The notes beneath the pieces are model-generated. The model did no database searches and had not been told where the DNA came from. It saw only the letters and a list, made by a program, of their open reading frames with translations. DNA of 64,000 nucleotides, taken from Malacoraja senta. Lineage: Eukaryota. The translations under genes were made by a program, and so were the position numbers. The DNA is taken from the NCBI GenBank assembly GCA_038087875.1, contig CM075999.1, positions 1 to 64,000 on the forward strand. Direction: 5' to 3'. The first letter of the stretch is position 1; every line of letters begins with the position of its first letter. Below are positions 1-13,752 of this stretch, one piece after another.

Positions 1-1835
1 TAAACAAACTGAGAGCCTGATGCTGGTGGAAGCCAGGAGTGACGACCAACATTGAAGTGTATAAAACATTTACAAGTTTAACTCTCAACTGGGCTGTGTT
101 TATATTTGCATTACTGGTCCGAATGGAATTGAATCAAAACCAGTCTAATAGAATCATAGAGTCATACAGCATGGAAACAGGCCTTTCACTATATGCCAAC
201 TCGTTCATGCTGACCCTGATGCCCCTTCTAAGCTACTTCCATTTGCCCATGTTTGGTGCTGGCAAAGGGTGATTGGCCTGAAATGTTGGCACCGTTCTAC
301 GTTCTATGTTTGATGTACAAATGGTGACGATTCTATATTCTATGTACGGATGATGGGGAAATGTCCGATTTCTGTTCTGCACTGTTCCATGTGCAAGAAG
401 GAACAGCAGATGCTGGTTTACACCAAAGATGGACACAAAATACTGGAGTAGCTCAGCGAGTCAGGCAGCATCTCCAGAGAAAAGGAATAGGTGGCGTTGC
501 AGGTGGAGACCTTTCATCAGCCAGCTCGTTGATGAAGGGTCTCGACCTGAAATGTCACCTATTCCTTATCTCCAGAGATGCTGCCTGACCTGCTGAGTTA
601 CACCAGCATTCCATGTCTATCTGCACTATTACAAGCTCTGCACTGTCAGGATATCAGAAAGAGCCTGAAAAGAGAAATATACGCAGAGCTTTTTTAAGGA
701 TGGCAGTGGTGAAGCCTCGCGGTGGCGGTGAAGCCTTGCGGGTCGATCCGCGGTCGGCGGTCGAAGAGAGCGTGGGGGGACCGTGAGGGAGGGGGGACCG
801 TGAGGGAGGGGGAAGAACAATGGACAATGAGGGGGGAGGGGGGAGATCAATGGACAATGGAGAACCCTGTGTGGGGGAACTGCTGTGTGTGTGGGGGGGG
901 GGGGGGGGGGGTGGAACAAAGGAGGTGCCCTGCTGAGTTACTCCCGCATTTTGTGTCTATCTAACGTTAAACAACATTGTTTTGTTTTCTGACCATGTGA
1001 CACGTGTCTTCCTTTTTGTTTACAAAGAAAGCACCGAATTGTCAAAAAAATCTTGTGTGACAAGTTAAATGCAATGAAGAGGGGCCAGTTAATTACAATA
1101 AATTAGTTCAGTTCATTGCATTAATGAGCACAATTGTAGATGAAGTGGATGTGGGTTTTATTGGAAGTCACAAATTCTCTTTGATTGAGAATTCATATAC
1201 AAATTTTAATCTTCCACAAGCTAGGGTTCTGCTCCATTCACCTCCACCCCATTGCAGACACTGGACTTTGTCAATGGAACTGATGCATGAGTATGCTGAG
1301 AACTATATTCTGCACTCTGTATCTTCCGCTTTGCTCCACCTGCTGGGCTTGTGTTTCATTGTATTTGTGTATAGTATTATCTGATCTGTTTGGATAGCAT
1401 GAAAAACACAGCGGTTAATCTGACAATAATAAACCAAAACCTAAAGGAAGGAAGGGTGACAGTGTTGGGAGAAATAAACAGAAGATGGTGGTCAGTGGTT
1501 TGCTGGTATTAACATTGAAGAGGAGAGATTGGGTGCCTGGAACATGTTGGGGGGGGGGGGGGGGGGGTTGGTGGTGGAGGCAGGTACAATTGTAGCGTTT
1601 CAGAGATTTTTAAACAGGCACTTGGATTTACAGAGAATGGAGGGATATGGATCACATGCAGACAGAGGGGATTAGGTTAAATTGACATTTCGTTTGGCAT
1701 CGGCATTGTAGACAGAAGGGCTGTACTGCTTCATGTTCTGTCCACCCCTTCCCTCAGTGTGTAATGCTCCATTTTATTTTCTCTGCAATATGTTTGAAAT
1801 TGCAATTAGCTCCAAAAATATAGAAAGAGGAGATT

Positions 1836-3405
1836 AAACAGAAACATAGAAAATATGTGCAGGAGTAGGCCATTTGGCCCTTCGAGCCAGCACCACCATT
1901 CAATATGATCATGGCTAATAATCCAAAATCAGTACCCCGTTCCTGCTTTCCCCCCCATATTCCTTGATTCAGTTAGCCCCAAGAGCTAAATCAAACTCTC
2001 TCTTGAAAACATCCAGTGAATTAGCCTCCACTGTGAATTCCACAGATTTACTAATCTCTGGGTGAAAATGTTTTTCCTCAGCTCAGTCCTAAATGGCCTA
2101 CCCCTTATTCTTAAACTGTAACCTCTGGTTCTGGATTCCCCCAACATGGGGAACATTTTTCCTGCATCTTGTCTGTCCAATCCCTTAAGAATTTTATATG
2201 TTTCTATAAGATACCCTCTCATCCTTCTAAATTCCAGTGAATTTCTTGCCATCCCGGGAAATATCTTGGTGAACCCACGCTGCGCTCCTTCAATGGCAAG
2301 AATGTCCTTCCTCAAATTAGGTGACCAAAACTGCACACAATACTCCATGTGTGGTCTCACCAGGGCCCTGAACAACTGCAGTAGGACCTCCTTGCTCCTA
2401 TACTCAAATCCTTTTGCTATGAAGACCAACATGCCATTTGCTTTCTTCACTGCCTGCTATACCTGCACACTTACTTTGAGCGATTGACTTACAAGCACAC
2501 CCAGGTCTCGTTACACCTCCCCTTTTTCTAATCTGACACGATAATAATCTGCCTTCTTGTTCTTGCCACCAGTGGATAACCTCATATTTATCCACATTAT
2601 ACTGCATCTGCCACGCATCTGCCCACTCACCCAACCTATCCAAGTCACCCTGCAGCCTCATAGTATCCTCCTTGCAGCTCACACTGACACCCAGCTTTGT
2701 GTCACCCACAAACTTGCAGATGTTACATTTAATTCCCTCGTCTAAATCGTTAATATATATTGTAAATAACTGGTGTCCCAGCACTGAGCCTTGCGGCACC
2801 CCACTAGTCACTGCCTGCCATTCTAAAAAGGACCCGTTAATTCCTACTCTTCGCTTCCTGTCTACCAACCAGTTCTCTATCCATGTCAATACCCTATCCC
2901 CAATACCATGTGCTCTAATTTTGCACACTAATCTCTTGCGTGGGACCTTTCAAAGGCTTTTTGAAAGTTCAGATACACTACATCCACTGGCTCTCCCTTA
3001 TCCCATTCTACTTGTTACATCCTCAAAAAATGCCAGAAGATTAGTCAAGCATGATATCCCCTTCATAAATCCATGCTGACTTTGACTGATCTTGTCACTG
3101 CTTTCCAAATGCGCTGCTATTACATTTTTATTAATCAACTCGAGCATCTTCCCCACTACCGATGTAAGGCTAACTGGCGATAAATCCGTGTTTTCTCTCT
3201 CTCCCTCCTTTCTTCAAAAGTAGGGTTACATTAGCTACCCTCCAGTCCACAGGAATTAATCCAGAGTCTATAGAACATTGGAAAATGATCACCAATGCAA
3301 CCATGATTTCTCAGGCCACCTCCTTGTGTGCTCTGGGATGCAGACCATTAGGCCCTTGGGATTTATCTGCCTTCAGTCCCAACAGTTTACCTAACACCAT
3401 TTCCT
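1836..3405 (-). mobile_element. CR1 LINE, 3' part (decayed RT, (TTTCTATG)n-type tail); host of the L1 insertion
   Basis: ORFs 2404-2928 (SGVPQGSVLG, FVGDTKL) and 1986-2450 (RPHMEYCVQFWSP) are CR1 ORF2 motifs; the tail reads aaacagaaacatagaaa on the plus strand. Confidence 0.92.
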
Positions 3406-6398
3406 TTTTTTTTTGTTGAAAATATTTTTTATTGGAGAAAACTACACAACCTATTAACATCATTACAGTCTTACATTTTTAAATTGATAATATTATCAAT
3501 TATTATTACATTGTCTCCAATACCTTTTGCCTTTTTTTTTTTTTAAACTAGATAGAACTAAAAAGATAGATGAAGTAAAGAAAGAAAAGAGAGAGAAGAA
3601 AAAGAGAAAAAAAAACCAACAAAGAAACAAAACAAAAAAAACAAAAAAAAAAAACAAAAAGAGAAAGATGGTTAAAGAAGAATGGAAAAATGTATTAAAA
3701 TAAAAAACTTCATTCGAGATATATTCGTACATTTCAGAGTATAGCATTTCATCCATTCTTTAGCCCGAGTATTAGTCAGGTTCCTGTGCTGAACCATTCT
3801 GACCCTTTAAATAATCAATAAAGGGAGACCATGTTCCAACGAATAATTCCTGTTTGTCCAACAGGGAAAATCTGATTCTTTCCACGTTTAAGGTCTCCGT
3901 CATTTCTATAATCCACATTTTGATTGTGGGGGACGTAGGGCCTTTCCAAAATTTTAGAATAAATTTTTTTCCTGTTATTATACTATAATCAATAAAGTTT
4001 CTTTGTGTTGTTGTAAATGTTTGATTTAATTCTAATGTTCCGAGTATTATTAATTTTGGATCCGGGTCCAATTGTGTGCTGGTCACTTTAGATATTATAC
4101 TAAAAATATTTACCCAGAATTTTTTAATTTTTATACAGTTTGCAAACATATGAGATAAGGTAGCTTCTAAATGTTGACATTTATCACATATAGGTGAGAT
4201 ATGTTGAAAGATTTTATGTAATTTTGTTTTTGAATAATGTAACCTATGTATTACTTTAAATTGTATTAAAGAATGTCTGGCATTTAATGAACATTGATGT
4301 ATGTGTTGTAAACTTTCTTCCCAAGTATCTTTCGTTATTATTTGATTTAATTCTTTTTCCCATGTTTGTCTGTGTAAGTCCGTCGATGGAATGTCACTGT
4401 CTAATAAGATATTATATATATAAGATATTAATTTTTCTGTATTAGGATGTTTATTCCAACATTCGTCAAGAATTTCTGAATTTCTAATTCGAAAATTTTG
4501 AGTATTCGATTTTACATAATCTCTGAGTTGAAGATATCTAAAATAATAATTTCCTCGGAGTCCATAAGTCTGTTGCAACTCCTGAAATGTCAGAAAAGTG
4601 CCTTCCTTATAAAGTTGTCCCATATTTTTAATTCCATAATTCTTCCATTGTGTAAAACCCCTGTCCAACCATGAGGGCTTAAACAAAGGGTTATTCACAA
4701 TTGGGAGAAAAAGTGATAGATTATCTAATTTTAATGTCTTTTTTAATTGTTTCCAAATTCGTATGGCACTAAATATTATAGGGTTTTCCCTATAAATTAT
4801 TTTGTTGCATTTAGATGTAGCAAATGATATCGAACCGATATCAAAAGGCAAACAATCTTCCTTTTCCATTTTTAACCAATCTGGTTGTTGATCTATTTCT
4901 TCCAACCAGAAATTCATATTTTTAATATTAACTGCCCAAAAATAAAACAGAAAGTTGGGTAAAACCAAGCCTCCATTTATTTTTGATTTACACAAATGTC
5001 TTTTGTTTATCCTATGATTTTTATAATCCCAGATAAAATCATTAACAATGGAGTCCAATTTAAAAAAAAAGTTTTTTGACAAATATATCGGAATGGTCTG
5101 AAAAAGGTATAATATTTGCGGTAAAAAAAATCATTTTTATGGCATTAGTTTTGCCAACCATTGAGATAGGAAGTGTTTTCCAGTATTGAATATTCTTATG
5201 TAGTTTGTTCAGTAATGGGGGAAAATTTGCTTTAAATAATGATGTATATATCTTAGTTACATAAATACCTAGGTATTTAAATTTTTCATTTACTATTTTA
5301 AATGGAAATTGTTGTATTATCTGTTTGTTATGTTCCCTTATTGGCATAATTTCACTTTTATTCCAATTTATTCTGTATCCTGAGAGTGAACCAAATTGGG
5401 TTATTAGCTCTAATAAGTTTGGAATACTAATTTCTGGTTTTGTAATGTAAATTAGTACATCATCTGCGTATAGAGAAATTTTATTCACTGTGTCCTTTGT
5501 GATATACCCATATATTTCCGGATGACCCCTAACTCTTTCTGCGAGTGGCTCAATAGCAAGCGCAAATAATAATGGAGATAACGGGCATCCTTGTCTACAA
5601 CCTCTAGATAGGCTAAATTTAGATGACAACCTTTGGTTTGTTAATATTCTAGCCGTAGGATTTGTATATAACAGTTTTATCCATGTGCAGAATTTCTCCC
5701 CTAGCTGCATATTTTCCATCACCGAAAATAAATAAGACCATTCAACCTGATCAAATGCTTTTTCAGCGTCAAGTGAGATTATTGCTAGATCTTCATTAAT
5801 AATTCTCTTAGAATAAATAATATTAAATAATCTTCTTAGATTATAATATGAGTACCGTTTCTGAATAAAGCCTGTTTGGTCAGGGTGTATTAATTTATTC
5901 ATCACTGTACTTAATCTATGCGCTAGTATTTTAGTTAATATTTTCTGATCTGTATTTAAAAGCGCAATTGCTCTATATGATCCTGGATCTTCCGGATCTT
6001 TATCAGCTTTAGGAATAAGTGTTATTATGGATTCATTTAAAGTATCTGGAAGTTTCTGTTGAGTATAGATATGCTCATACAGCCTTTGTAAACGTGGGCA
6101 GAGCAAGTCATAAAATGTTTTGTAAAATTCAGAGCCTAAACCATCTGGTCCTACTGCTTTACCATTTTTTAAAGAGCCAATAGACTCCTCAATATCCTTT
6201 ATCGTAATCTCCCTTTCTAATAATTCTCTATCATTTGAATCTAAACCTTTTAAATTACATTTTAGTAAAAAATCTGCTATTCCTTCTGATTGTGCTACAG
6301 TTTTAGTTGAATAAAGGTTATGATAGTATTGGAGAAATCTTTCATTTATGTCCTTGGTCATTTTTAATAATTCTCCTGTCTCTGTTCTAATTTTATGA
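3406..6398 (-). mobile_element. 5'-truncated L1-clade LINE with poly(A) tail and 15-bp TSD
   Basis: ORF2 RT motifs (GPDG, YRAIALLN, SLDAEKAFD, GCRQGCPLSP, LYADD) and a C-terminal CDKC...H...C knuckle. TSD ctaacaccatttcct at 3391-3405 and 6399-6413; T-run at 3405-3414. Confidence 0.93.
3772..6361 (-). pseudogene. L1 ORF2 (RT plus C-terminal domain), split by one frameshift in the A8 run near 5123-5130
   Basis: ORFs 5060-6361 and 3772-5082 overlap. Removing one base after AIKMIF restores LPQILYLFQTIPIYLSKNFFF. Confidence 0.85.
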
Positions 6399-7437
6399 CT
6401 AACACCATTTCCTGACTAATGTGGATTCCCTTCAGTTCCTCCCTCCCACTAGATCCTCGGTCCCCTAGTATTTCCATGAGATTGTTTGTGTCTTCCTTAG
6501 TAAAGACAGGACCAAAGTACTTACTTAACTGGTCTGCCATTTCCTTGTTTCCCATTATAAAATCACTTGTTTCTGACTGTAAGGAACCTATATTTGTCTT
6601 AACTAATCTTTTCCTCTTCACATATCAAAAGAAGCTTTTACAGTCAGTGTCTATATTCCCCGCAAGCTTTCTTTCATGGCCTATTTTCCCCCCTCGTAAT
6701 GAACCCTTTTGTCCTCCTCTGTTGAATTCTAAATTTCTCCCAGTCCTCTGATTTGCTGCTTCCTCTGGGCAATTTATATGCCTCTTCCTTGGATTTAACA
6801 CTATCCCTAATTTCCCTCATTAGCCACGGTTGAGCCACCATCCCCGTTTCATTTTTTTCCCAGACAGGGATAAACAATCGTTGTAGTTCACCCATGCGAT
6901 CTTTAAATCTTTGCCATTGCATCTCCACCGTCAACACTTTAAGTATCATTTTCCAGTCTATCCTAGCCAATCCCCGTCTCCTTTCTTTAAGTTCAGGCCC
7001 GTCGTCTCCGAATTAACCGTGTCACTCTCCAGCTTAATGCAGAATTCCACCATATTATGGTCACTGCTGCCCAAGGGGCTTTGCACAACAAGATCGCTAA
7101 CTAATCGTTCCTCTTTACACAATACCCAGACTAGGATGACCCACCCTCTAGTTCAGGGATTCCCAACCTTTTTCGCCCCGTTTACCCCTGGCAACTTTAA
7201 TAGCACATAACAATGTTATTTCACTTATTTAGGAAAAACTAATGGATAAACACAGTCAGTCAATGAGAAAAAATATGTACAAATCCAGAATCAACAAATT
7301 TACCCCCCTGGGTAGGCGAAATTTACCCTTTGGGGGTAAATTTACCGCAGGTTGGGAACCCTTGCTCTAGTTGGTTCCTCTACATATTGGCTTAGAAAAA
7401 CATCCCGTATACACTCCAGGAAATTCTCCTCCTCAGC
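6399..7437 (-). mobile_element. CR1 LINE, 5' continuation of the element at 1836-3405
   Basis: Encodes LQSETSDFIMGNKEMADQLSKYFGPVFTKED, matching the CR1 at 24430, and resumes exactly at the L1 TSD. Confidence 0.9.
7154..7364. mobile_element. hAT (Charlie-like) MITE, 211 bp, inserted in CR1
   Basis: TIRs CAGGGATTCCCAACCT / AGGTTGGGAACCCTTG; exact 8-bp TSD ctctagtt at 7146-7153 and 7365-7372. Confidence 0.88.
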
Positions 7438-7914
7438 GTTGTTAAATATGAGGCTGTTACTTTGTTCCAGAATGTGGTATTTTATATGCTTAATAAAATG
7501 AATAAACATCTTAAAGAAAAAAAACTGCCATGTATTTCATTTACAGGTATATCGTATGCCCCAGAGCTGTGCTGTTTCAATGCAGTCCAAAATTTCTGGC
7601 ACTTTTCCACTACAACTGTGAGAAACATCATCTTATTTGATAAACCGCCAAAAAAATAAAATGATGCAGAAAGATTGTGAAAAGCAGACATAAAAGCAGT
7701 AATGGCTGACAAAAAAGTATATTTAGTGCTTAACAGTCGATAGCTGAGTAATTCATTCCCAATATTTAATGGTTCATTGTGTGGTGTTCTAACAGTGACT
7801 TGAAATACCCATAAAGATCACAATCTTTGCCAGTGTAGATTAAATGGGTGTGCATTTCATCTATTTGACAGAGAATTTATGTGAAATTCAAATGAATTAC
7901 ATTTTTCTGCAACC

Positions 7915-8460
7915 TTGGAGAGCATGTTGGCTGGTTGCATCACGGCCTGGTTTGGCAACCTGAACGCCCAGGAACAAAGGAGATCACAGAAAGTGATGAA
8001 CACAACCCAGTCCATCGCGGGCACTGACCTCTCCACCATCGAAGGGATCTATCTACAAGAGGGGCTGCCTCAGAAAGGCAGCCAGCATCATTAAGGACTC
8101 ATACCATCCTGTCCAAGTTCATATTTCACTCCTGCCATCGGGAAGAAGATATAGAAGTCTGAAAACTGTATCACCCAGGTTCAGGAACAGTTTCTTCTCA
8201 CCAACCATCAGGCTATTGGATGCTACAAACTCCAACTAAACTCTGAACTACAAACTGCCTTGATTGCACTAGAGACCGGGCTTTGTTGTTTTTTTTGCTC
8301 AAATTAGGTGCTTTATTAATTTATTGAATTTTCTATATTTGTTGATTATATTATCCATTGAGTACTGTGTCTTTCTTGCAGACCTGCTGTGCTGCTGCAA
8401 GTAAGACTTTCATTGTTCCTTATCGGTGCATATGATAATAGAACCCTCTTGATGTGACTC
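7915..8460 (+). mobile_element. Rex1/Babar-like non-LTR retrotransposon 3' fragment
   Basis: Translates as ESMLAGCITAWFGN...LLPSGRRYRSLKT...RFRNSFF, the typical C-terminal region of this group. Confidence 0.7.
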
Positions 8461-8519
8461 TTGAAGTTGTATTTGTTTCGCTCACATTAATAAGTAAATG
8501 GACAATGACAACAATGTGA

Positions 8520-8741
8520 AGATCGACACAAAATGCTGGAGTAACTCAGCGGGACAGGCAGCATCTCTGGAGAGAAGGAATGGGTGACGTTTCGGGACGA
8601 GACCCTTCTTCACTCTTCCTCCTCGAACCGAAACATCAATCATTCGTTCCCTCCAGAGATGCTGCCTGTCCCGCTGACTTAAACTCCAGCTTTTTGTGTC
8701 TATCTTAGGTTTAAACCAGCATCTGCAGTTCCTTCCTACAC
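8520..8741. mobile_element. Palindromic Penelope-derived mini-element with 15-bp TSD
   Basis: Inverted arms (gctggagtaactcagcgggacaggcagcatctctgg / ccagagatgctgcctgtcccgctgac); TSD atgacaacaatgtga at 8505-8519 and 8742-8756. Confidence 0.8.
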
Positions 8742-9109
8742 ATGACAACAATGTGAGTTGATTATGAAACCCTCCTCAGAAAGGTGGACACTGAGACCAC
8801 ATTCAATGAAACCGTGATATTCAACTCATCGGTGGAATATGATCTGGAAGGTCTCAAGAAGACAATCAGCTTGTTTTTTTGCCATTTTCTGTCCTCATTT
8901 GGAGACTCTGGTCAAATTTGGAAAGATTGGGCAATTGGCGTCGAATCCAAACTGGCGCCACAGTGGGGCAGCTGATACAGCTGCTGCCTCACAGTGCCCA
9001 TCTGAACCTGACCTCGGATGCTTTCTGTGTGGAGTTTGCATGTTCTACCTGTGATCTGCGTTGATTCTGTGTCTGCTGCTTCCTCCTACCTCAAATCTGC
9101 TACCTCAAA

Positions 9110-10243
9110 GGTAGGAGTTTCTCGACTAACATAGGCAACTCTTTCTCCTCCCCAGCTAATCTCTGCTGTGGGGTTCCACAAGGTTCCATCCTTGGCCCCA
9201 TTCTCTTCTCCCTGTATATGCTCCCCTTAGGCCAAGTCATTGAAAGGCACGTCATTTCATTCCATTGCTACGCAGACGATACACAACTCTATCTCCCCCT
9301 GAAGCCCAAAAACAATCAAATCTGCTTAACCTTACCCGCTGCCTCGAGGATATAAAGTGTTGGATGGCCCAGAACTTCCTCCAACTAAACGAGAGTATGT
9401 CTGAGGTCATCCTTCTCGGCCCCTCGGACTCAATCATAATGATAGCAGGCAGCCTTGGAAGCCTTACCCCACTACTCAAACCTCACGTCAAAAACCTTGG
9501 CGTGATATTTGACTCAGCACTGAAATTTGACAAACAAGTCAATGCCGTGGTAAAAGCTAGCTTCTTTCAGCTTCGGACGATAGCTAAAATAAAACAATTC
9601 CTCAAGTTTGATGACCTCGAAAAGATCATCCACACCTTTATCTCCTCCCGCCTAGATTACTGCAACTCCCTTTACACTGGCATCAGCCAATCGTCCCTGT
9701 CCCGCCTGCAACTGGTCCAAAACGCCGCAGCGAGACTCCTGACGGGCACCCGAAAAAGGGACCACATCACCCCGATCCTGGCCTCTCTCCACTGGCTCCC
9801 TGTGCGGTTCCGTATAAATTTCAAGATCCTCCTCTATGTCTACAAAGCCCTCAATGGGCTTGCCCCCACCTATATTAAAAGTCTTCTCACCCACCACACC
9901 ACCTCCAGGTCCCTCAGATCGGCCGACTTGGGGTTACTGAACATCCCGCCGTCGAGGCATAAGCTCAGGGGCGACCGCGCCTTTGCAGCTCCTAGACTGT
10001 GGAACAGCATCCCCCTTCCCATCAGAACTGCCCCCTCCATCGACTCCTTTAAGTCAAGACTAAAATCTTATCTGTACTCCCAAACCTTTCTTGACGTCCT
10101 CTGAGCGAGGGCTATATGTATATATTTATATAGTTTGTTTGTTTATACTATTCTTATAACAAATGTAAAGCACTTTGGCCAACGAGAGTTGTTTTTTAAA
10201 TGTGCTATATAAATAAATGTGACTTGACTTGACTTGACTTGAC
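9110..10243 (+). mobile_element. 5'-truncated L2-clade LINE inserted into a SINE
   Basis: [10 protein letters not shown] and YADD, then the open ORF 9265-10104 (NLGVIFD, SSRLDYCNSL, LQLVQNAAARLLT, LHWLPV); ends in a (GACTT)n tail. Confidence 0.9.
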
Positions 10244-10889
10244 TCCCACATCCCAAAGGTGTGTATGTTTGTACATTAATCAGCCTCTGTTAATGTGTAG
10301 GAAGTGGAAGAGAAAGCGGGATAACATATAACTGGTTGAATGGGGTAATCAGTGGTCGGCATGGACTCAGTGGTCCGAAGAGCCTGTTTCCATGCTGTAT
10401 CTCTAAACAAAGAGTTAGGATTAATTGGTGATTGTTGGTCAGCATGGACCTGCATTTCGTTGTCTCTGTACTGTACACTGCACAATGACAATTAAAGATT
10501 GAATTGAATTGAATTGAATTGAATTGAACCTGGTGGGCCGAATGGCCTGTTTCCATGCTGTATCTTTCAATCAATCAATTAAAGATCTAAAGCAGGTTTA
10601 AACTCATCCTGGCATATCTGTTATGTTGTGGATTTTAGCTATTAAGAGCTTTTCACTATTCATTTAACTATTTCAATCCATGGAGATGCTGGCATATTTA
10701 GTACATTTAATCTTCATTTTGTGTCTCTGCTTCAAAGATAAATATCTGCACATTTACCAAATGATCATGTATTAAACATTCTGAAAAACATTCTTGAATT
10801 TACACAACTCCTTGACACAACAAAGCATCTCAAAATGCCTCACAGAAGCATGTAACAGAAATAATGCCTCCTGGATTGTCTATTGACTA

Positions 10890-11190
10890 TTGTCTAGTGG
10901 ATGCACACCTTGCCGTTTCCCCACCCACCCCTATCATTCATCTGGCTTCACATTTCACACCTGTTCTATCCTTATAGCACACCTTTTGTCTTTTCATCTC
11001 TGCCCTTTATCCAGCCATTTGGCAATCACCCTTCTCACTTGTACCCTCCTACCACTTGCCAGGCTTTGTCCTGTCCCCAACTCTATTTTCCAACTCTATT
11101 CATGTTTACCAGAGATGCTGCTTGACCCACGGAGTTACTCCAGCACTCTGTATCTTTTCTTGCAACCAAGCATCTGCAGTTCTTGTGGCT
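10890..11190 (+). mobile_element. Penelope-like pLTR 3' fragment
   Basis: Pyrimidine-rich tract leading into agagatgctgc...gagttactccagc, as in the copies at 41560-41940 and (minus strand) 13005-13400, 51800-52210 and 62590-62930. Confidence 0.6.
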
Positions 11191-11407
11191 GCATATGAAA
11201 CAAAAACATATTGGCCTTATGGCAGAGAAAATAGAGATTGAATTGATTGAAAGATACAGCATGGAAACAGGCATTTTGATTACCAGATGGGTGGCATAAG
11301 TAACAAATGCTACAGATGAAAAATAGACAAAAAGGATCTTTAGCCTTCCTCATTCACTCCACCATTCTTACAATTAAACCCACCTCATATGTATCCACCT
11401 CTCACTT

Positions 11408-11620
11408 GTGTAGGAAGGAACTGCAGATGCTGGTTTAAACTGAAGATAAACACAAAAAGCTGGAGTAACTCAGTGGGACAGGCAGCATCTCTGGAGAAAA
11501 GGAATGGGTGACGTTTCGGGTCAAGACCCTTCTTCAGACTCGACCCAAAACGTCACCCATTCCTTCTCTCCAGAGATGCTGCCTGTCCAGCTGAGTTACT
11601 CCAGCTTTTTGTGTCTATCT
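11408..11620. mobile_element. Palindromic Penelope-derived mini-element inserted in an older Penelope fragment
   Basis: Inverted arms around gtcaagacccttcttcagactcgacccaaaacgtc; flanking near-duplication tccacct(c/a)tcacttg. Confidence 0.75.
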
Positions 11621-13455
11621 TCCACCTATCACTTGCCAGGCATTGTTCCACTCCCATCTCTATTTTCCAGCTTGCTTCCACCTACTACAATCTGTCTGAA
11701 GAAGGTCCCGACCCAAATCGACACCTGTCCATTCCCTCCACAGATGCTGCCTGATCCACTGAGTTCCTCCGGCACTTTGTGTTTTGCTTAAGATTCCAGC
11801 ATCTGCTGTTCCTTGGATCTCCGAGTAATGAAGGAAGTTTGTTCTGATGGAAAACACTGGACCCCAAGTGAATTATTTCCATCTACCTGTGGAAGCAAAA
11901 GGTATAAGTCGACATTTCAGGTCAAGAACCTGCATCAGAACTGCTGCATGGCAAGTGTTGTTGCTAAAGTTGAAGAACGTTCCCTATGAAGGTCCTGCCA
12001 TCTCAGTGACGTCCCTGTGGACTTCCACTGCTGCCAGGCACCAGTTCACCAAGATCCAAGGCATCCTTGGTACAACAACAATATTTAAATGACACTTGGA
12101 CTGGTACATGGATAGGAAAGGTTTGGAGGGGATGGGCCAAACGCAGGCAAATGGGCCTACCTTGGATGGCACATGTTGGTCGGCATGGAGGAGTTGGACT
12201 GAATGGTCTTTTACTATTCTGTATGAATCTATGATTCTATCTGGTAATGGTCATGTCATCAAGCTGACTGAGGAGATAAACATGTCGCACGGTGTTTTAT
12301 GAGAGAACAACGGTTTTAAATGAACCCCAGTCCATTTCTCCATCAAGCAAGCCGCTGCAGCTTTTTTTTTTTTACCAGGATTGAAGTAAAAAGTAGATTG
12401 TGCTAACAACTTAGTATTACGTCACAGTTAAACATAAAGTGCTGGAGCAACTCAGCAAGTTGGGCAGTATCTGTGGAGGGAACATCTGTCTATTCCCTCT
12501 AGACATGCTGCCTGGCCCATTGACTTCCTCCAGCACATTGTGTTTTACTCAAGATTCCAGCATCTGCAGTTCCTTTTAACTATTAGTATTAAACCATTGT
12601 TTAAATCAAATTCTCCTTTCATCATTATTATATGCTTTTATACTAATTGAGCACTTTGTACATTGCCTTCCAAATCTGTTTTTAAATATGTACTTTCCTG
12701 TTTGCATCATTTAATTCATACCTTCATTGCTATGAAAATTCCCTGCTACTGAAGACTATACGACAACCCTTGTGGCACAATACTTAGCTTTCACTTCCTG
12801 AGTCTTACTTCAGAATCAAAGCGGAATAGTTTACCATTCATTTGATTTAATTCCTTAATGCTACACCACAGAATGAAGAAGCTGCCTTTACACATGAACA
12901 AGATTTCACCCAGCTGGCATTAAGGCAGCAGGAACGTCACTAAAAACCGAGGTGTCCATAAACTATTTAGGTTAATATGTCCATGTAATATTTTCCCAAT
13001 AAACAGAACACAAAGTGCTGGATTAATGCAGCGGGTCAGGCAGCATCACTGGGGATCATAAATGGGTGACGTTTCACAGTCGAGACCTTTCTTCAGAGTG
13101 CTTGTGGGGGGGGGAGAACGAAAGCTGGAAGCGAGGGACAGCACAAAAGGTGGCAGGTAATAGACGAACCCAGGAGAGCAGGGTTTCGACAGGGCATGCG
13201 GTTGGACAAGGCCAGAGCTGGGGGAAAAAGTGAGACAAAAGGATTGAAGAGTTGCGAATTGTGAAGCCAGAAGAAGGAATGTAGGTGTGGAGGAGGAGGA
13301 AGGGAAGGGAAGAAATTGTTGCGTCTAGGTGGGGCACATTGGAATGGGGAGGGTGAAAGGGGTATGTGCGGGAGCAAGAGGAGGAGAGGGAGGGGGGTTT
13401 GATAGATGCTTGGACAAAGGCTAGAGATTGGACCTGTCAGAGATCTTTCCTTATG

Positions 13456-13752
13456 GCGGCACAGTGGAGCAGCTGGTAGACCCGCTGCCTCACAACGCTA
13501 GAGATCGGGTGCTGTCTGTGTGGAGTTTGGGTGTTCTCTCTGACCCTGCTTTGGTTTCCTCTGTGTCCTCCGGTTTCCTCCCACTTTCTAAACACGTAGG
13601 TTAATTGGCCTCTGTAAATTGCTCTTACCGTGTAGGGAGTGGATGCAAAAGAGGGATAAAGTAGAACTAGTGTGAACATGCGATCGATGTTCGGCGTGAA
13701 CTTGGTGGGCCGAAGGGCCTGTTTCCATTCTGCATCTCGAAAGTAAACTAAA
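13456..13752 (+). mobile_element. tRNA-derived SINE (HE1/V-SINE-like) with CR1-type 3' end
   Basis: Head ggcggcacagtggagcagctggtag, central tgctgtctgtgtggagtttg block, and gggccgaagggcctgtttcc tail. Many related copies occur in the window. Confidence 0.75.

Noticed and set aside
3496..3756. Phe-rich 86-aa ORF resembling a membrane protein
   Set aside because: Low-complexity 3' UTR of the L1 element.
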